DNA of 64,000 nucleotides from an uncultured Bacteroidota bacterium (GCA_963768715.1 CAVYJC010000010.1:151458-215457); one strand, 5' to 3'. Counted from the first letter of the stretch, positions 27,768-37,256 are shown. The notes: generated by a model from the sequence alone, not told the origin. Numbers and translations are program-made.

Positions 27768-28481
27768 TTATTGGTTTGTTACGATGTCGTTACGATGTCG
27801 CCCGCCATGCCGGACATCAATCCCCTCGAGCCAGAAAAGCACCGATTCGGCGATGTTGACACAGTGATCGGCAATCCGCTCGAGTGATTTGCTGAGCGCA
27901 AAAATCCGCGCTCCAAGGGTGAAGGCACGATCGGTGCGTTCCTGTCGCTCCATCAAGAGATCGAGGGTCCGACGATGGAGGCGGTTGACTGCGGACTCAT
28001 TTGATATCAGCTCCCACGCCCGCTTCCGGTCGCCTCGTGTAAAGGCGTCCTGAGCACTGTAGAGCATCCCTCGCACGGCGTCAACCATCCGATCGAAATG
28101 ATCTCCCGGCAAGTGGGAGATCAAGCGTGGCTGCTCCGCACCCGCCCTCGCCAGATTCCTGCAGTGATCTCCCATCCGCTCGAGATCGGTGTTGATCTTG
28201 ATCGCCGTCATCACGAAACGGATCGTCTCGCGGTCCGTCGGTCGCGTCGCGATCACGGCCTCGCACATGCCGTCGATTTCCATTTCGAGATCGTCGATGA
28301 AGTCGTCCCGGCGACCAACACGCTCGGCGACCTTCTCGTCACTCGACAAGACAGCGTTCAACGATTCTGCAAGCTGCTCGTCGACGGCATTGAACATGAC
28401 ATAGAGACGCTCACGAATAGCCGACGTGGCCGATCTTTCGTCTCTCAGCGGCGAGGCTTGCGTCATTTCCATCATGATCAA
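27768..28481 (-). CDS. phoU: phosphate signalling complex protein PhoU
   Basis: 237 aa with two PhoU repeats ('LERMGDHCRNLA', 'LERIADHCVNIAE'). It overlaps the porin stop by 4 nt. Confidence 0.85.
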   Translation of the reverse strand: MIMMEMTQASPLRDERSATSAIRERLYVMFNAVDEQLAESLNAVLSSDEKVAERVGRRDDFIDDLEMEIDGMCEAVIATRPTDRETIRFVMTAIKINTDLERMGDHCRNLARAGAEQPRLISHLPGDHFDRMVDAVRGMLYSAQDAFTRGDRKRAWELISNESAVNRLHRRTLDLLMERQERTDRAFTLGARIFALSKSLERIADHCVNIAESVLFWLEGIDVRHGGRHRNDIVTNQ

Positions 28482-29443
28482 AAGTCAGCGTGGAGTGTCA
28501 CCCGTCCGGATATGTCGGGATCGCTGTGATCGCTGGCGTCTACCAGATAGAGATTCGGGATCAGATGGACTTTTGGGTTTGGACTGAATGCGACACCGCC
28601 GATGATGAATGTCTCGGTCGTCGAAACACGGCCGGTGTCGATCCCGGTGTAGTCGCCGCGGCCGATGATCTCGACCTTCTCGCCAACGGGCTTTACGATC
28701 CAAACCGAGACGCCCCTTTTGTCCATGGACGGCCCTGTGTCGAAATCAATCGTCTGGTAGTATCCTTCGGCTCCAACTCGGAACTGCTCGGCGCTGTAAC
28801 CCACAAATGCATTTGTGTTGATGGCATTCCGATTGTCACCGGCGGCAAAATCGCCGCCAACGGAGGCGGCAACGTTGTCAGACTGCCAGGCCACCTGCCC
28901 GTACACTCGCTTGTACTTGTCATCCTCACCGCGAATGCTGTTGTTGTTGCCGAGCATGACGCCGTAGGTGAGGTCGCCGTCGGACGTCAGCTTGCCGGTG
29001 GCTGCGATGCCCATATCACGCGACGACGCAATCTTTTGACGATCCATAATCGTCTTTTCGAGGCTGCGGTAACCCCAGATCTTCTCAGAGAGAGTGAAGA
29101 CAGGCGGACTCTGAACCCCAAAAACAAGATCCTGGCCCTGTCCAATCGCCCCTTTCCATTTCAGGTACAAGTCCTTCACGTAGGGAGAGGTGGTGGACGT
29201 CCCGCTCACGGACTCCAGGCGCGCACGCCCGCTGAACTCTTCCGACAACGTATAGTCGGCCGTCAAATACAACCTCCGGTAGTCGAAGCCGTTCTCGCCT
29301 TCGGCTTCCTGATCGGTGGAAGAAAGAAGGTATTCATAGTCCATGTAGAACAGCCCGCTCCAGCGGACGGCATTCTGAGCGGCGGCAGGAAGCGTGACTG
29401 CGCCCAAGACCGTCATCACAAACAAAGGCTTGAGATATTTCAT
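28478..29443 (-). CDS. outer-membrane beta-barrel porin (Pho-operon-associated; phosphate-selective porin candidate)
   Basis: It has the signal peptide 'MKYLKPLFVMTVLGAVTLPAAAQ', alternating beta-strand patterns and a C-terminal Phe ('...TLHADF'). It is the first gene of the pst run. Confidence 0.6.
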   Translation of the reverse strand: MKYLKPLFVMTVLGAVTLPAAAQNAVRWSGLFYMDYEYLLSSTDQEAEGENGFDYRRLYLTADYTLSEEFSGRARLESVSGTSTTSPYVKDLYLKWKGAIGQGQDLVFGVQSPPVFTLSEKIWGYRSLEKTIMDRQKIASSRDMGIAATGKLTSDGDLTYGVMLGNNNSIRGEDDKYKRVYGQVAWQSDNVAASVGGDFAAGDNRNAINTNAFVGYSAEQFRVGAEGYYQTIDFDTGPSMDKRGVSVWIVKPVGEKVEIIGRGDYTGIDTGRVSTTETFIIGGVAFSPNPKVHLIPNLYLVDASDHSDPDISGRVTLHADF

Positions 29444-29548
29444 TCACCTTGAGATTGATGATTTCCATGACTCCGGAGGACTATTTCAGACTGGTGAGAA
29501 ACTGTCCCAACCGATGTCACCAAGATGCGGCTCGCCTATGACCGAAGC

Positions 29549-29590
29549 GTTATGCTTCAGTTATCGCATTGTTAACAAATCGTTACCGGG
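29549..29590. promoter_or_regulatory. candidate Pho box: four direct GTTA(T/A/C) repeats at exact 11-bp spacing
   Basis: GTTA starts at 29550, 29561, 29572 and 29583. The repeats lie 107-143 nt upstream of the porin ATG (29443). The minus-strand reading includes TTAACA. Confidence 0.4.
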
Positions 29591-29600
29591 GGGGGTCGAA

Positions 29601-30275
29601 TCAGGCTGAAGGGGATGACCCGACTTCGTCGACGGGCCCCCTGATCCGTTCGTATGGCAGGACGACCGATGAGGCGATATTGGAGAGATGGGAGCTGACG
29701 CGTCCCATCATAAGCGCCGCGCTGCTTAGCACTACGGCTGCATTGACGCTGAGGTCGTCGGCTGACGCAACGTCCTCGATAAATACGCGCAGGTCGCTCT
29801 TGACTGCCGTGCTGTCGACCATGACTTCGCGCGCGCTCTTTACGTCGCCGTCGACGAAGCCCTTGTAGGTCTTATCGAACATCTTCGTGATTTGCTCTCC
29901 GGCAGAACGGAGCGTTGACAGACGCGGCCCAAGCAGGGGCTTTTCAGTCAGCTGGGCAAGCGCACCGATGTGCTTGACCCAGTCACCGATTCGCTCGCCG
30001 TCCTGCACCGTGCTGACCAGTGCCAGGCTGAGGACGAGGTCTTCGTGCGGCTGTTTTTCGATGTGCTTGAAGACCGCTTTGCGAATGCTTCGTTCGCGGG
30101 CATTGATGCCGTCGTCCATCTCCTGGAGCGACACCTCAAGCGGAACGCTGAACAGAAGGTGTGAAACGGCCGCCGACCACATTGATCGGGCGATATCGAT
30201 CACTTCGCCCATCTGCTGACTCGCCTTGCGAATGGGCGCAGGCGTATCGTCCCGAAAAAGGTCGAAAAGTCCCAA
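29601..30275 (-). CDS. PhoU-domain-containing protein (divergent paralog)
   Basis: 224 aa, helical. 'DDGINARERSIRK' and 'VQDGERIGDWVKHIG' fit the PhoU repeat pattern. The gene begins 6 nt after the rho stop. Confidence 0.65.
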   Translation of the reverse strand: MGLFDLFRDDTPAPIRKASQQMGEVIDIARSMWSAAVSHLLFSVPLEVSLQEMDDGINARERSIRKAVFKHIEKQPHEDLVLSLALVSTVQDGERIGDWVKHIGALAQLTEKPLLGPRLSTLRSAGEQITKMFDKTYKGFVDGDVKSAREVMVDSTAVKSDLRVFIEDVASADDLSVNAAVVLSSAALMMGRVSSHLSNIASSVVLPYERIRGPVDEVGSSPSA

Positions 30276-30281
30276 TCCAGA

Positions 30282-32048
30282 CTACGAGTTCATTACAACG
30301 AGGAACTCCTCGTTGTTGCGCGTACTCCGCATCTTGTCGATTTGGAATTGCATGGCTTCCAGGGGACTCATATCGGCCAGGATGCCCCGGAGGATCCAAA
30401 TGCGCTTGAGCAGCGCCTCGTTGATAAGGAACTCTTCGCGGCGGGTGCCCGACTTCAGGATATTGATCGACGGGAAGACGCGGCGATCCGACAACTCGCG
30501 ATCGAGCACGAGTTCCATATTGCCCGTGCCTTTGAACTCTTCGAAGATGACCTCGTCCATTCGGCTCCCGGTGTCAACGAGGGCCGTCCCGATGATTGTC
30601 AGCGATCCGCCTTCCTCCACATTCCGAGCGGCGCCGAAGAATCTCTTCGGACCACGAAGCGCCGTGGCTTCGAGGCCCCCAGACAGCGTCTTGCCCGTAT
30701 TCGGAGCAACGGAGTTGTGAGCGCGCGCGAGTCGAGTAATGGAGTCGAGCAGAATGACCACGTCCTGCCCAGCCTCGACGAGTCGCTTGGCCTTCTCGAG
30801 GACGATGTTCGAGACGTCGACGTGTCGCTGCGGATCCTGGTCGAACGTGGATGCGATCACTTCACCCTGGATGTTGCGCTCCATGTCGGTCACCTCTTCA
30901 GGTCGCTCGTCTACGAGCAACACAATGAGGTAGGTTTCCGGATGGTTTTTCGTGATGGCGTTGGCAATCTTCTGAAGCAGGATGGTCTTGCCGGTCTTCG
31001 GCTGCGCGACAATGAGCCCGCGCTGGCCCTTGCCAATCGGCGAAAACATGTCCATCACCCGCATACTGACCTCGTCTGCCGTCGTCTCCAATCGAAGTTG
31101 CTCGTCCGGATAGAGCGGAGTCAGATAGTCGAAGTTGGTCCGTTCCTCCATGTCTCCGGACGGCCGGCCGTTGATCGTCGTCAGGCGGATGAGGGCGAAA
31201 AAGCGCTCGCCTTCTTTGGGCGGCCGGACTTCTCCATTGATCGTATCTCCGAGGCGAAGGCTGAATCGCTTGATCTGCGAAGGAGACACGTAAATGTCGT
31301 CGGGGCTGGGTAAGTAATTGTAGTCGGGCGAGCGGAGGAATCCGTATCCATCCGGCAGAATCTCGAGCACGCCCACTTTGGAAATGATCCCATCGAGATC
31401 CGTCTTGTTGGGATCGTAGTCCGTCATGTAGGATGGGCGATCCGCGGGTACCGGCCGGCGCTGACGCTCGGGACGACCCCGTCGCTGCCCTCCGCCGCCA
31501 CCTTCGCGACGCGGTCCTTTCCCCTTCTGGTTCCGGCCACGGCGATTGCCGCGTCCCCCTCGGCGATCATCACGACCATTGCGGTCTGAGCCGCGGTCAG
31601 CCCCCCGGTCGGAACCTCGATCGGACCCACGGTCGGATCCACGGTCGGAACCTCGATCAGCTCCCCGGTCCGAATTCGACGATCCGCTATCATCCCGATC
31701 CGACGAGGAATCACGATCTCGCGTGTCCTTTGAATCTTGCGGGTTCGAATCGTTGTCGTGCGACCTTTCGTCTTTGCGTTCTTTCGTTTCAGCTTCGCGA
31801 TGATTGCCTTTACGATCAGAGTCCTGGTCTTGCACGGTTTCAGCCTCTTTCGGTTTGCTGGAATTCCGGCGGCCGGACGGCATACTCTCAGAGGCCGCGA
31901 CAGCGTCGATGATTTTGTATACGAGGTCCTGCTTTCGCAGGCCAGTGACACCGGCAATACCTAACTGTTTTGCGATGTCCTGCAACTCCGTGACTTTGGC
32001 TTCACGGAGGCTAGAAATGTTGATCAAGTCCAGGTCAATCCTTGGCAT
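30282..32048 (-). CDS. rho: transcription termination factor Rho with a ~150-aa disordered N-terminal insertion
   Basis: 588 aa with Rho_N ('[18 protein letters not shown]'), the CSD-like RNA-binding domain ('[15 protein letters not shown]'), Walker A 'AQPKTGKT' and '[10 protein letters not shown]'. Confidence 0.95.
   Translation of the reverse strand: MPRIDLDLINISSLREAKVTELQDIAKQLGIAGVTGLRKQDLVYKIIDAVAASESMPSGRRNSSKPKEAETVQDQDSDRKGNHREAETKERKDERSHDNDSNPQDSKDTRDRDSSSDRDDSGSSNSDRGADRGSDRGSDRGSDRGSDRGADRGSDRNGRDDRRGGRGNRRGRNQKGKGPRREGGGGGQRRGRPERQRRPVPADRPSYMTDYDPNKTDLDGIISKVGVLEILPDGYGFLRSPDYNYLPSPDDIYVSPSQIKRFSLRLGDTINGEVRPPKEGERFFALIRLTTINGRPSGDMEERTNFDYLTPLYPDEQLRLETTADEVSMRVMDMFSPIGKGQRGLIVAQPKTGKTILLQKIANAITKNHPETYLIVLLVDERPEEVTDMERNIQGEVIASTFDQDPQRHVDVSNIVLEKAKRLVEAGQDVVILLDSITRLARAHNSVAPNTGKTLSGGLEATALRGPKRFFGAARNVEEGGSLTIIGTALVDTGSRMDEVIFEEFKGTGNMELVLDRELSDRRVFPSINILKSGTRREEFLINEALLKRIWILRGILADMSPLEAMQFQIDKMRSTRNNEEFLVVMNS
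31578..31673 (-). repeat. in-frame tandem 12-nt repeats encoding (SDRG/ADRG)n inside rho
   Basis: The translation reads [32 protein letters not shown] (residues ~126-157). Confidence 0.8.
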
Positions 32049-32413
32049 GGGAATTAAAACGAAGTGGTTGCTTCAGCGGCGACTGCCGCCTGGTGGTAGG
32101 TTTCGGCCAGTCGGCCGAATTAACAATTTCCTCAGTTACGGCTTACGCCGCGTCCATTCATCTTTGGTTCAGACTGCAACCGGATTAGCATCAAATTGCA
32201 CCGCTGCAGGTTTCAAATCCACGTTGAACCGGTCGCACTCCATTCGACGGTGTCTGGGCACGTTGGTCACGCCCCGATGCCGCACCGGAATACCGTTCGG
32301 GAGGACGCTCGACGCGTCGGAGAAGGATCAGTATTGCGGACGAGCGAACGCATATTACGAGCGTCCGGCGCGAAACGCAAGGGAGAGATGTCCTCCGCCA
32401 CTGCCCTCTGAAC

Positions 32414-33721
32414 TCACAAAGTCGACGCAGATCGTCGTGGAAAGAGTTCCTCTGGGAGCGCCCCCATCAAGTAGTGGGAACCGGCGACCAGCAAACGATC
32501 CCTTGACTCTGCGTGTTCCGCGAAAAAACGCCACCCTTCCGCCGGGGACTCAATTTCTTCAATCCTTAACCCCGCTTCAACGGCCATGCGAGCCAATTCG
32601 GCGGAAGGCAGCCCTCGATTCCCCGGAATCGAAACCGGCATAATCGTACAATTTCGCGTCGAGAGAACACTCAAAATGGCCGATATATCCTTATCGGCCG
32701 CCAGGGCCAGCATCACATAGGGTGGAAGCCCCTCCGGCGCATGAAGATCGAGGCAATCCAGGGCGGCCCGGATCCCGTCTTCGTTGTGCGACACATCGAC
32801 TACGACCAGCGGTTCACGCTGGATGATTTCGCATCGCGCGCGGAGGCCCGACAAGCCGCGAACATTCGAAAGCCCTCGGATGACCGACTGCTCCAGGTTT
32901 GCCCGGGGCAGGAGCAACCATGCCGCCGCCGCAGCAACGAGTGCATTGCGGCTTTGGTGCCGCCCCGGCAGATCGAGCCGGAAAGGGGGATATTCTCCAT
33001 CTGGCGTCGTGAGGCGCACTTTACGCCCGTCCCATTGCGCGTTCCAGGGGGCGCGGCATACGTCGACGACCGGCGATGAATGCGCCTCTGCCATTTCTTC
33101 GATGACCGCCCTGACCTCCGGCTGGCAGGCACCGGTCACGACGGGTACGCCGTCCTTTATAATGCCTGCCTTTTCTCGCGCTATCAACGGGAGCGTTACG
33201 CCGAGCTGCTGTGTGTGATCGAGCCCGATGTTGGTAATGACGGACAGTTCCGGCTCGATAACGTTCGTCGCGTCGAGACGCCCGCCCATCCCGACCTCAA
33301 TGACCGCCACATCCACCTTCCGCTCTGCGAAATAGAGAAACGCAATCGCCGTGGAAGCTTCGAAAAAGCTCGGTTTGATCCGGTCGATCACGGGTCGCAT
33401 CATTGAAACGGTCCCGGCGATCCAGGTTTGATCCGCTTCACACCCATCGATCCGAAGGCGTTCTGCGAACGAGATTAGGTGCGGTGATGTGTGCAGACCC
33501 ACTCTCCTCCCCGAAACGGTCAGGATGGATGCGAGCATCGAGCAGACCGAACCCTTGCCGTTCGTGCCGGCTACGTGAATCTTCGGGTATCGCAGGTGCG
33601 GATCGCCGACTTCCCGCAGCAGCGCGCGCATGTTGTCGAGCCCGGGCTTGATCGCCGCGGACCCCTGCAGATCGAACCGCGGCAGATCGAACAAGACGCG
33701 GCATGCTTCTGCGTAATCCAT
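32414..33721 (-). CDS. folC: bifunctional folylpolyglutamate synthase / dihydrofolate synthase
   Basis: 435 aa with 'HVAGTNGKGS' (the Mur-ligase P-loop), 'EVGMGGRLDATN' and 'ITNIGLDH'. Confidence 0.9.
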   Translation of the reverse strand: MDYAEACRVLFDLPRFDLQGSAAIKPGLDNMRALLREVGDPHLRYPKIHVAGTNGKGSVCSMLASILTVSGRRVGLHTSPHLISFAERLRIDGCEADQTWIAGTVSMMRPVIDRIKPSFFEASTAIAFLYFAERKVDVAVIEVGMGGRLDATNVIEPELSVITNIGLDHTQQLGVTLPLIAREKAGIIKDGVPVVTGACQPEVRAVIEEMAEAHSSPVVDVCRAPWNAQWDGRKVRLTTPDGEYPPFRLDLPGRHQSRNALVAAAAAWLLLPRANLEQSVIRGLSNVRGLSGLRARCEIIQREPLVVVDVSHNEDGIRAALDCLDLHAPEGLPPYVMLALAADKDISAILSVLSTRNCTIMPVSIPGNRGLPSAELARMAVEAGLRIEEIESPAEGWRFFAEHAESRDRLLVAGSHYLMGALPEELFPRRSASTL

Positions 33722-33724
33722 CCC

Positions 33725-34171
33725 TTAGTCCTCTTCTAAGACGAAAGAGATCCGGCGCTCGGTGGGCGCCACGTGCTCGAACCGAATCCGGATAACGTCG
33801 CCTCGTAAAAGCGATTCAATCCGCTCGGGCCACTCGACAAAGCAAATTCCGTCTCCACCGAAATACTCTTCGTATCCAAGCTCGAAGAATTCGTCCGACG
33901 TTTTGATTCTGTAGGCGTCGAAGTGATAGACCGGAAGCCGACCCCCGGCGTATTCATTCACGATGGTGAACGACGGACTGCTTACGTCGGCGGTTTCGAT
34001 ACCCAGCGCGGCGCACGCGCCTCGGACAAATTCCGTCTTGCCGGCTCCAAGCTCGCCATAGAGTGCGACGACTGTTCGCGGCATCAGTTCGCGCGCCAGA
34101 AGACCTCCCAGCGTTCGGGTCTCCTCAGGAGATCGAGTGACAGCCGGGAGAACGTCGCCTCTTGGCGGCAT
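33725..34171 (-). CDS. tsaE: tRNA t6A37 biosynthesis ATPase TsaE
   Basis: 148 aa with 'LYGELGAGKTEFVRG' and 'SPSFTIVNEY...YHFDAYR'. Confidence 0.85.
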   Translation of the reverse strand: MPPRGDVLPAVTRSPEETRTLGGLLARELMPRTVVALYGELGAGKTEFVRGACAALGIETADVSSPSFTIVNEYAGGRLPVYHFDAYRIKTSDEFFELGYEEYFGGDGICFVEWPERIESLLRGDVIRIRFEHVAPTERRISFVLEED

Positions 34172-34186
34172 TTTGACCGATCCGGT

Positions 34187-35566
34187 TTAAACTTCGGGCA
34201 GACAGGCGGCGAGCATCTCTTCGGCACGGAGAAACTTGACGCGGGGACGCCCTTCGCGCGCACCTCGTTCTTCCTCTAGTGCTTCGATTCGGCACCAGTC
34301 CTCATAGGAAACGTATTGAACACCCCGTGCCGACAGCAGCTTGTCGATCTCTTCCAGATCGGGACGATCCGCAAATCCGCGGTCCGCTTCTCTGGCATCA
34401 TCCAGCAGGCTGGCAACGGTTTCGACGGCGTCCGCCTTGTTCGTGCCTATAACGCCCGTCGGGCCCCGTTTCGCCCATCCGGCCACATACGAGCGCGGCA
34501 GGGGCTGACCTGAGTCGGGATCGATGATTCGTCCCGCCTTGTTCGGGACCGTTCCCTTTCTCGAATCATAGGGCAGCTCGGGTAACGGAAGGCCGCGATA
34601 CCCGACCGAGCGAAGGATCATGCCGGCTTCGAGCGTTTCAAACTCGCCCGTTCCGTGGGAATTGAGATACCCCGATTCCGTCGGACGAAGCTCATTTCGC
34701 TCAATCCGTACCGCTTTCATGCCGGACTCGTCACCGATGATTTCCACTGGAGAAACGAGAAACCGGAAGTGGACGCGCTTCGGCTTGCCGGTCAGACCGG
34801 TCGCCGCCAGCTCGTGAAGGATTTCGAGGTTCTTTCGGGCTGTTCGATCATCTTCGAGCGTCGCCTCACTCAAGGGATCCAACTCGAGCTCGTCTGAACG
34901 TACCACCGCATCGGCCACGTCGAGCTTCCCGAACTCCTTGATTTCAGGATTCGTGAATTTCGCCTGTGCGGGGCCCCGTCGCCCCAGCACGTAGATGTCT
35001 CGGACTCGGCTCTTTGACAGGACGTCGAGAGCGTAGTCGGCAATATCGGTTACGGCCAGTTCCTCGATGGAACGCGCGAGTATTCGCGCCACATCAATCG
35101 CCACGTTGCCCACACCGACCACAACGACCGATTCCATGTCGAGGGAGATATCCAGATCGACGAAGTCAGGATGGCCGTTGTACCAGGCAACGAATTCGGT
35201 GGCTGAAAGACTGCCCTTTAGCTCCTCTCCAGGAATCCCAAGACTCCGATCCGTCGGCGCCCCAGTCGAGAAAACGACGTAATCGTACAACTCGAGCAGG
35301 TCACCGTGCTTGAGATCTCGTCCGTACTCCACATTCCCGAAGAAGCGAACGCGCTCGTTGCCGAGCGTCTTACGATAGATTCGCAGGACGTTGCGGATGT
35401 TTTCATGGTCGGGAGCCACCCCGTAGCGAACGAGGCCGTAGGGGGAGGGCAATCGATCGAACATATCGACGGAGACGGGAGGGTCTTCCTGCGCCACGAG
35501 AGCGCCCGCGGCGTAGAATCCTGCGGGACCCGACCCGACAACTGCCACACGCAATGGTCTGTCCAT
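34187..35566 (-). CDS. NADPH-ferredoxin (adrenodoxin-type) reductase, FprA-like
   Basis: 'VAVVGSGPAGFYAA' and 'LPSPYGLVRYGVAPDH' are present, with a second Rossmann motif 'VVVGVGNVAIDVAR'. The start was set at the ATG at 35566 (MDRPLRV...). Confidence 0.75.
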   Translation of the reverse strand: MDRPLRVAVVGSGPAGFYAAGALVAQEDPPVSVDMFDRLPSPYGLVRYGVAPDHENIRNVLRIYRKTLGNERVRFFGNVEYGRDLKHGDLLELYDYVVFSTGAPTDRSLGIPGEELKGSLSATEFVAWYNGHPDFVDLDISLDMESVVVVGVGNVAIDVARILARSIEELAVTDIADYALDVLSKSRVRDIYVLGRRGPAQAKFTNPEIKEFGKLDVADAVVRSDELELDPLSEATLEDDRTARKNLEILHELAATGLTGKPKRVHFRFLVSPVEIIGDESGMKAVRIERNELRPTESGYLNSHGTGEFETLEAGMILRSVGYRGLPLPELPYDSRKGTVPNKAGRIIDPDSGQPLPRSYVAGWAKRGPTGVIGTNKADAVETVASLLDDAREADRGFADRPDLEEIDKLLSARGVQYVSYEDWCRIEALEEERGAREGRPRVKFLRAEEMLAACLPEV

Positions 35567-35690
35567 AAAATTGTTATAAATATTCAGTTTGCAGACCCCG
35601 GGATGTTGGGGTGAACAATCATTCCCCGAACTACGGCCACGAAGTATAACGTGCCCACGGCTGAATGTCAACGCGCGCGGAGTCAGGGAA

Positions 35691-37256
35691 TCACGCGTTC
35701 GGACGCAGGCGAATCACGGGCAGGATCATCTCTTCCATGGAGATTCCGCCGTGCTGCATGGTGTCACGGTAGAAATTAACGTAGTGGTTGTAGTTGGTCG
35801 GATAGACAAAGTAGTAGTCTTCCTTGGCGATGATATAGTGCGTGTTTATCTGGCGACCCGGCAGCCCGTACACCTCCGGCTCCTTCACGTGGAGGGCATG
35901 TCGCGTGTCGCACCTGAGGTTGCGGCCCACTTTGTATCGAAGGCTGGTCGAGGTCTCCTTGTCGCCTATGACTTTGGTAGGATGCAGGGCGCGGACGACG
36001 CCGTGGTCCGTCGTAATCACGACGGTGCAGTCGATCCGAGACAGACTCTGCAGGGCCTCGAAAAGCCACGAGTGCTCGAACCACGTGCCGGTAAGCGCGC
36101 GATAGGCCCGCTCGTCGGGAGCGATTTCCTTCAGAATGGCCGAGTCGGACCTGCTATGTGCCAGATTGTCCACGAAGTTGACCACGATGGCCGTCAGATC
36201 GTTCTCCGCCATATTGAGAATCGATTGGGCGATCGTTCGACCCTCATGGGTGCGGATCACCTTCTCGTAGTGCATCTTCGCATTGATGTGGCGTCTCTTG
36301 AGCAGGTCGCCTAAGAAGGCATCTTCATGCCGATTCCTGCTCTGCTCGTCTTCCTCCGAGCTTTGCCACAAGTCTGCATATCGGATAGCCAGGTCCGAAG
36401 GAAGCAATCCGCTGAAGATGGAGTTTCGGCTGTAGGGTGTTGCAGTCGGCAGAATGGAGAGATAGAAATCCTTCTCCATTCCAAAGAATGGATAGAGCAT
36501 GCGTTCCATTTCGAGCCACTGGTCGTAGCGCATGCAGTCTATGACGAAGAAGAATACAGGCCTTCCCTTTCCGATCTCGGGCGCGACGAATTTCGGCACA
36601 ATGTCCGGGGACAGCGGGGGGCGTGTATCGCCCGGCATATCACCGATTTTGGCGACCCAGCCGGCATAGCTGTCCTCGATGAAGCGTCCGAACTCGCGAT
36701 TCGTCTCCCTGAACTGGTCGTGCAGCACCTGGCGCAGGCCCTCGTCGGCGGCGAGCTCACGATCGGCGGCGACAAGCCGCAGGTAAACCTCCACCCAGTC
36801 CGAAAAGACGGGTGACTCCATCGTGGCGGCGCTGATTTCACCGAAGGAGGAGAGGTAATCGCGAGACACGGTCTCCTCCCGGATGCGCTTGTGCTCCAGA
36901 AGGCGCTTGCACGTGAGCAGCACCTGTTTGGGATGGACCGGCTTGATTAGATAGTCGCTGATCTGGCGTCCGATCGCGTCATCCATAATGTGCTCTTCCT
37001 CGCTCTTCGTCACCATGACCACCTGGAGCTCAGGAGTAAGCCCTTTTATGCGCTGCAGCGTTTCGAGCCCGTTCATTCCCGGCATCTGCTCGTCGAGGAA
37101 GATCAGGTCAAACCGCTCGGACTGCACACGCTCGATCGCGTCGCGACCGTTCGTAACCCGCGTAACCTGATATCCCTTGTCTTCGAGCATCAGGATGTGC
37201 GGCTCGAGCAGTTCAATCTCGTCGTCGATCCAGAGTATGTGTTGATCGTTCGTCAT
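35691..37256 (-). CDS. porX: response regulator receiver fused to a PglZ (alkaline-phosphatase-like) domain, PorX-type
   Basis: The CheY-like receiver is visible ('ILWIDDE', 'LIFLDEQMPGMNG', 'VVMVTK'), followed by a ~380-aa PglZ-like region ('FFFVIDCMRYDQW', 'TTDHG'). The start was set at the ATG at 37256. Confidence 0.75.
   Translation of the reverse strand: MTNDQHILWIDDEIELLEPHILMLEDKGYQVTRVTNGRDAIERVQSERFDLIFLDEQMPGMNGLETLQRIKGLTPELQVVMVTKSEEEHIMDDAIGRQISDYLIKPVHPKQVLLTCKRLLEHKRIREETVSRDYLSSFGEISAATMESPVFSDWVEVYLRLVAADRELAADEGLRQVLHDQFRETNREFGRFIEDSYAGWVAKIGDMPGDTRPPLSPDIVPKFVAPEIGKGRPVFFFVIDCMRYDQWLEMERMLYPFFGMEKDFYLSILPTATPYSRNSIFSGLLPSDLAIRYADLWQSSEEDEQSRNRHEDAFLGDLLKRRHINAKMHYEKVIRTHEGRTIAQSILNMAENDLTAIVVNFVDNLAHSRSDSAILKEIAPDERAYRALTGTWFEHSWLFEALQSLSRIDCTVVITTDHGVVRALHPTKVIGDKETSTSLRYKVGRNLRCDTRHALHVKEPEVYGLPGRQINTHYIIAKEDYYFVYPTNYNHYVNFYRDTMQHGGISMEEMILPVIRLRPNA

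Noticed and set aside
28490-29452. 320-aa plus-strand ORF, and similar long antisense ORFs at 20734-21555, 25032-25757, 30342-31313, 39566-40345, 711-1424 and 84-710
   Set aside because: Each is antisense to a gene with clear family signatures (porin, pit, pstC, rho, lat, dipeptidase). None shows motifs of its own. They are GC-rich shadow ORFs.
31546-31700. 12-nt tandem DNA repeats could be a non-coding VNTR or CRISPR-like array
   Set aside because: They are in frame within rho and translate to (S/A)DRG repeats inside its disordered insertion.
31804-32643. 279-aa plus-strand ORF covering the rho leader region
   Set aside because: It overlaps the rho 5' end and the folC 3' end on the opposite strand. 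It has no start context or motifs. The region is better explained as an untranslated rho leader.
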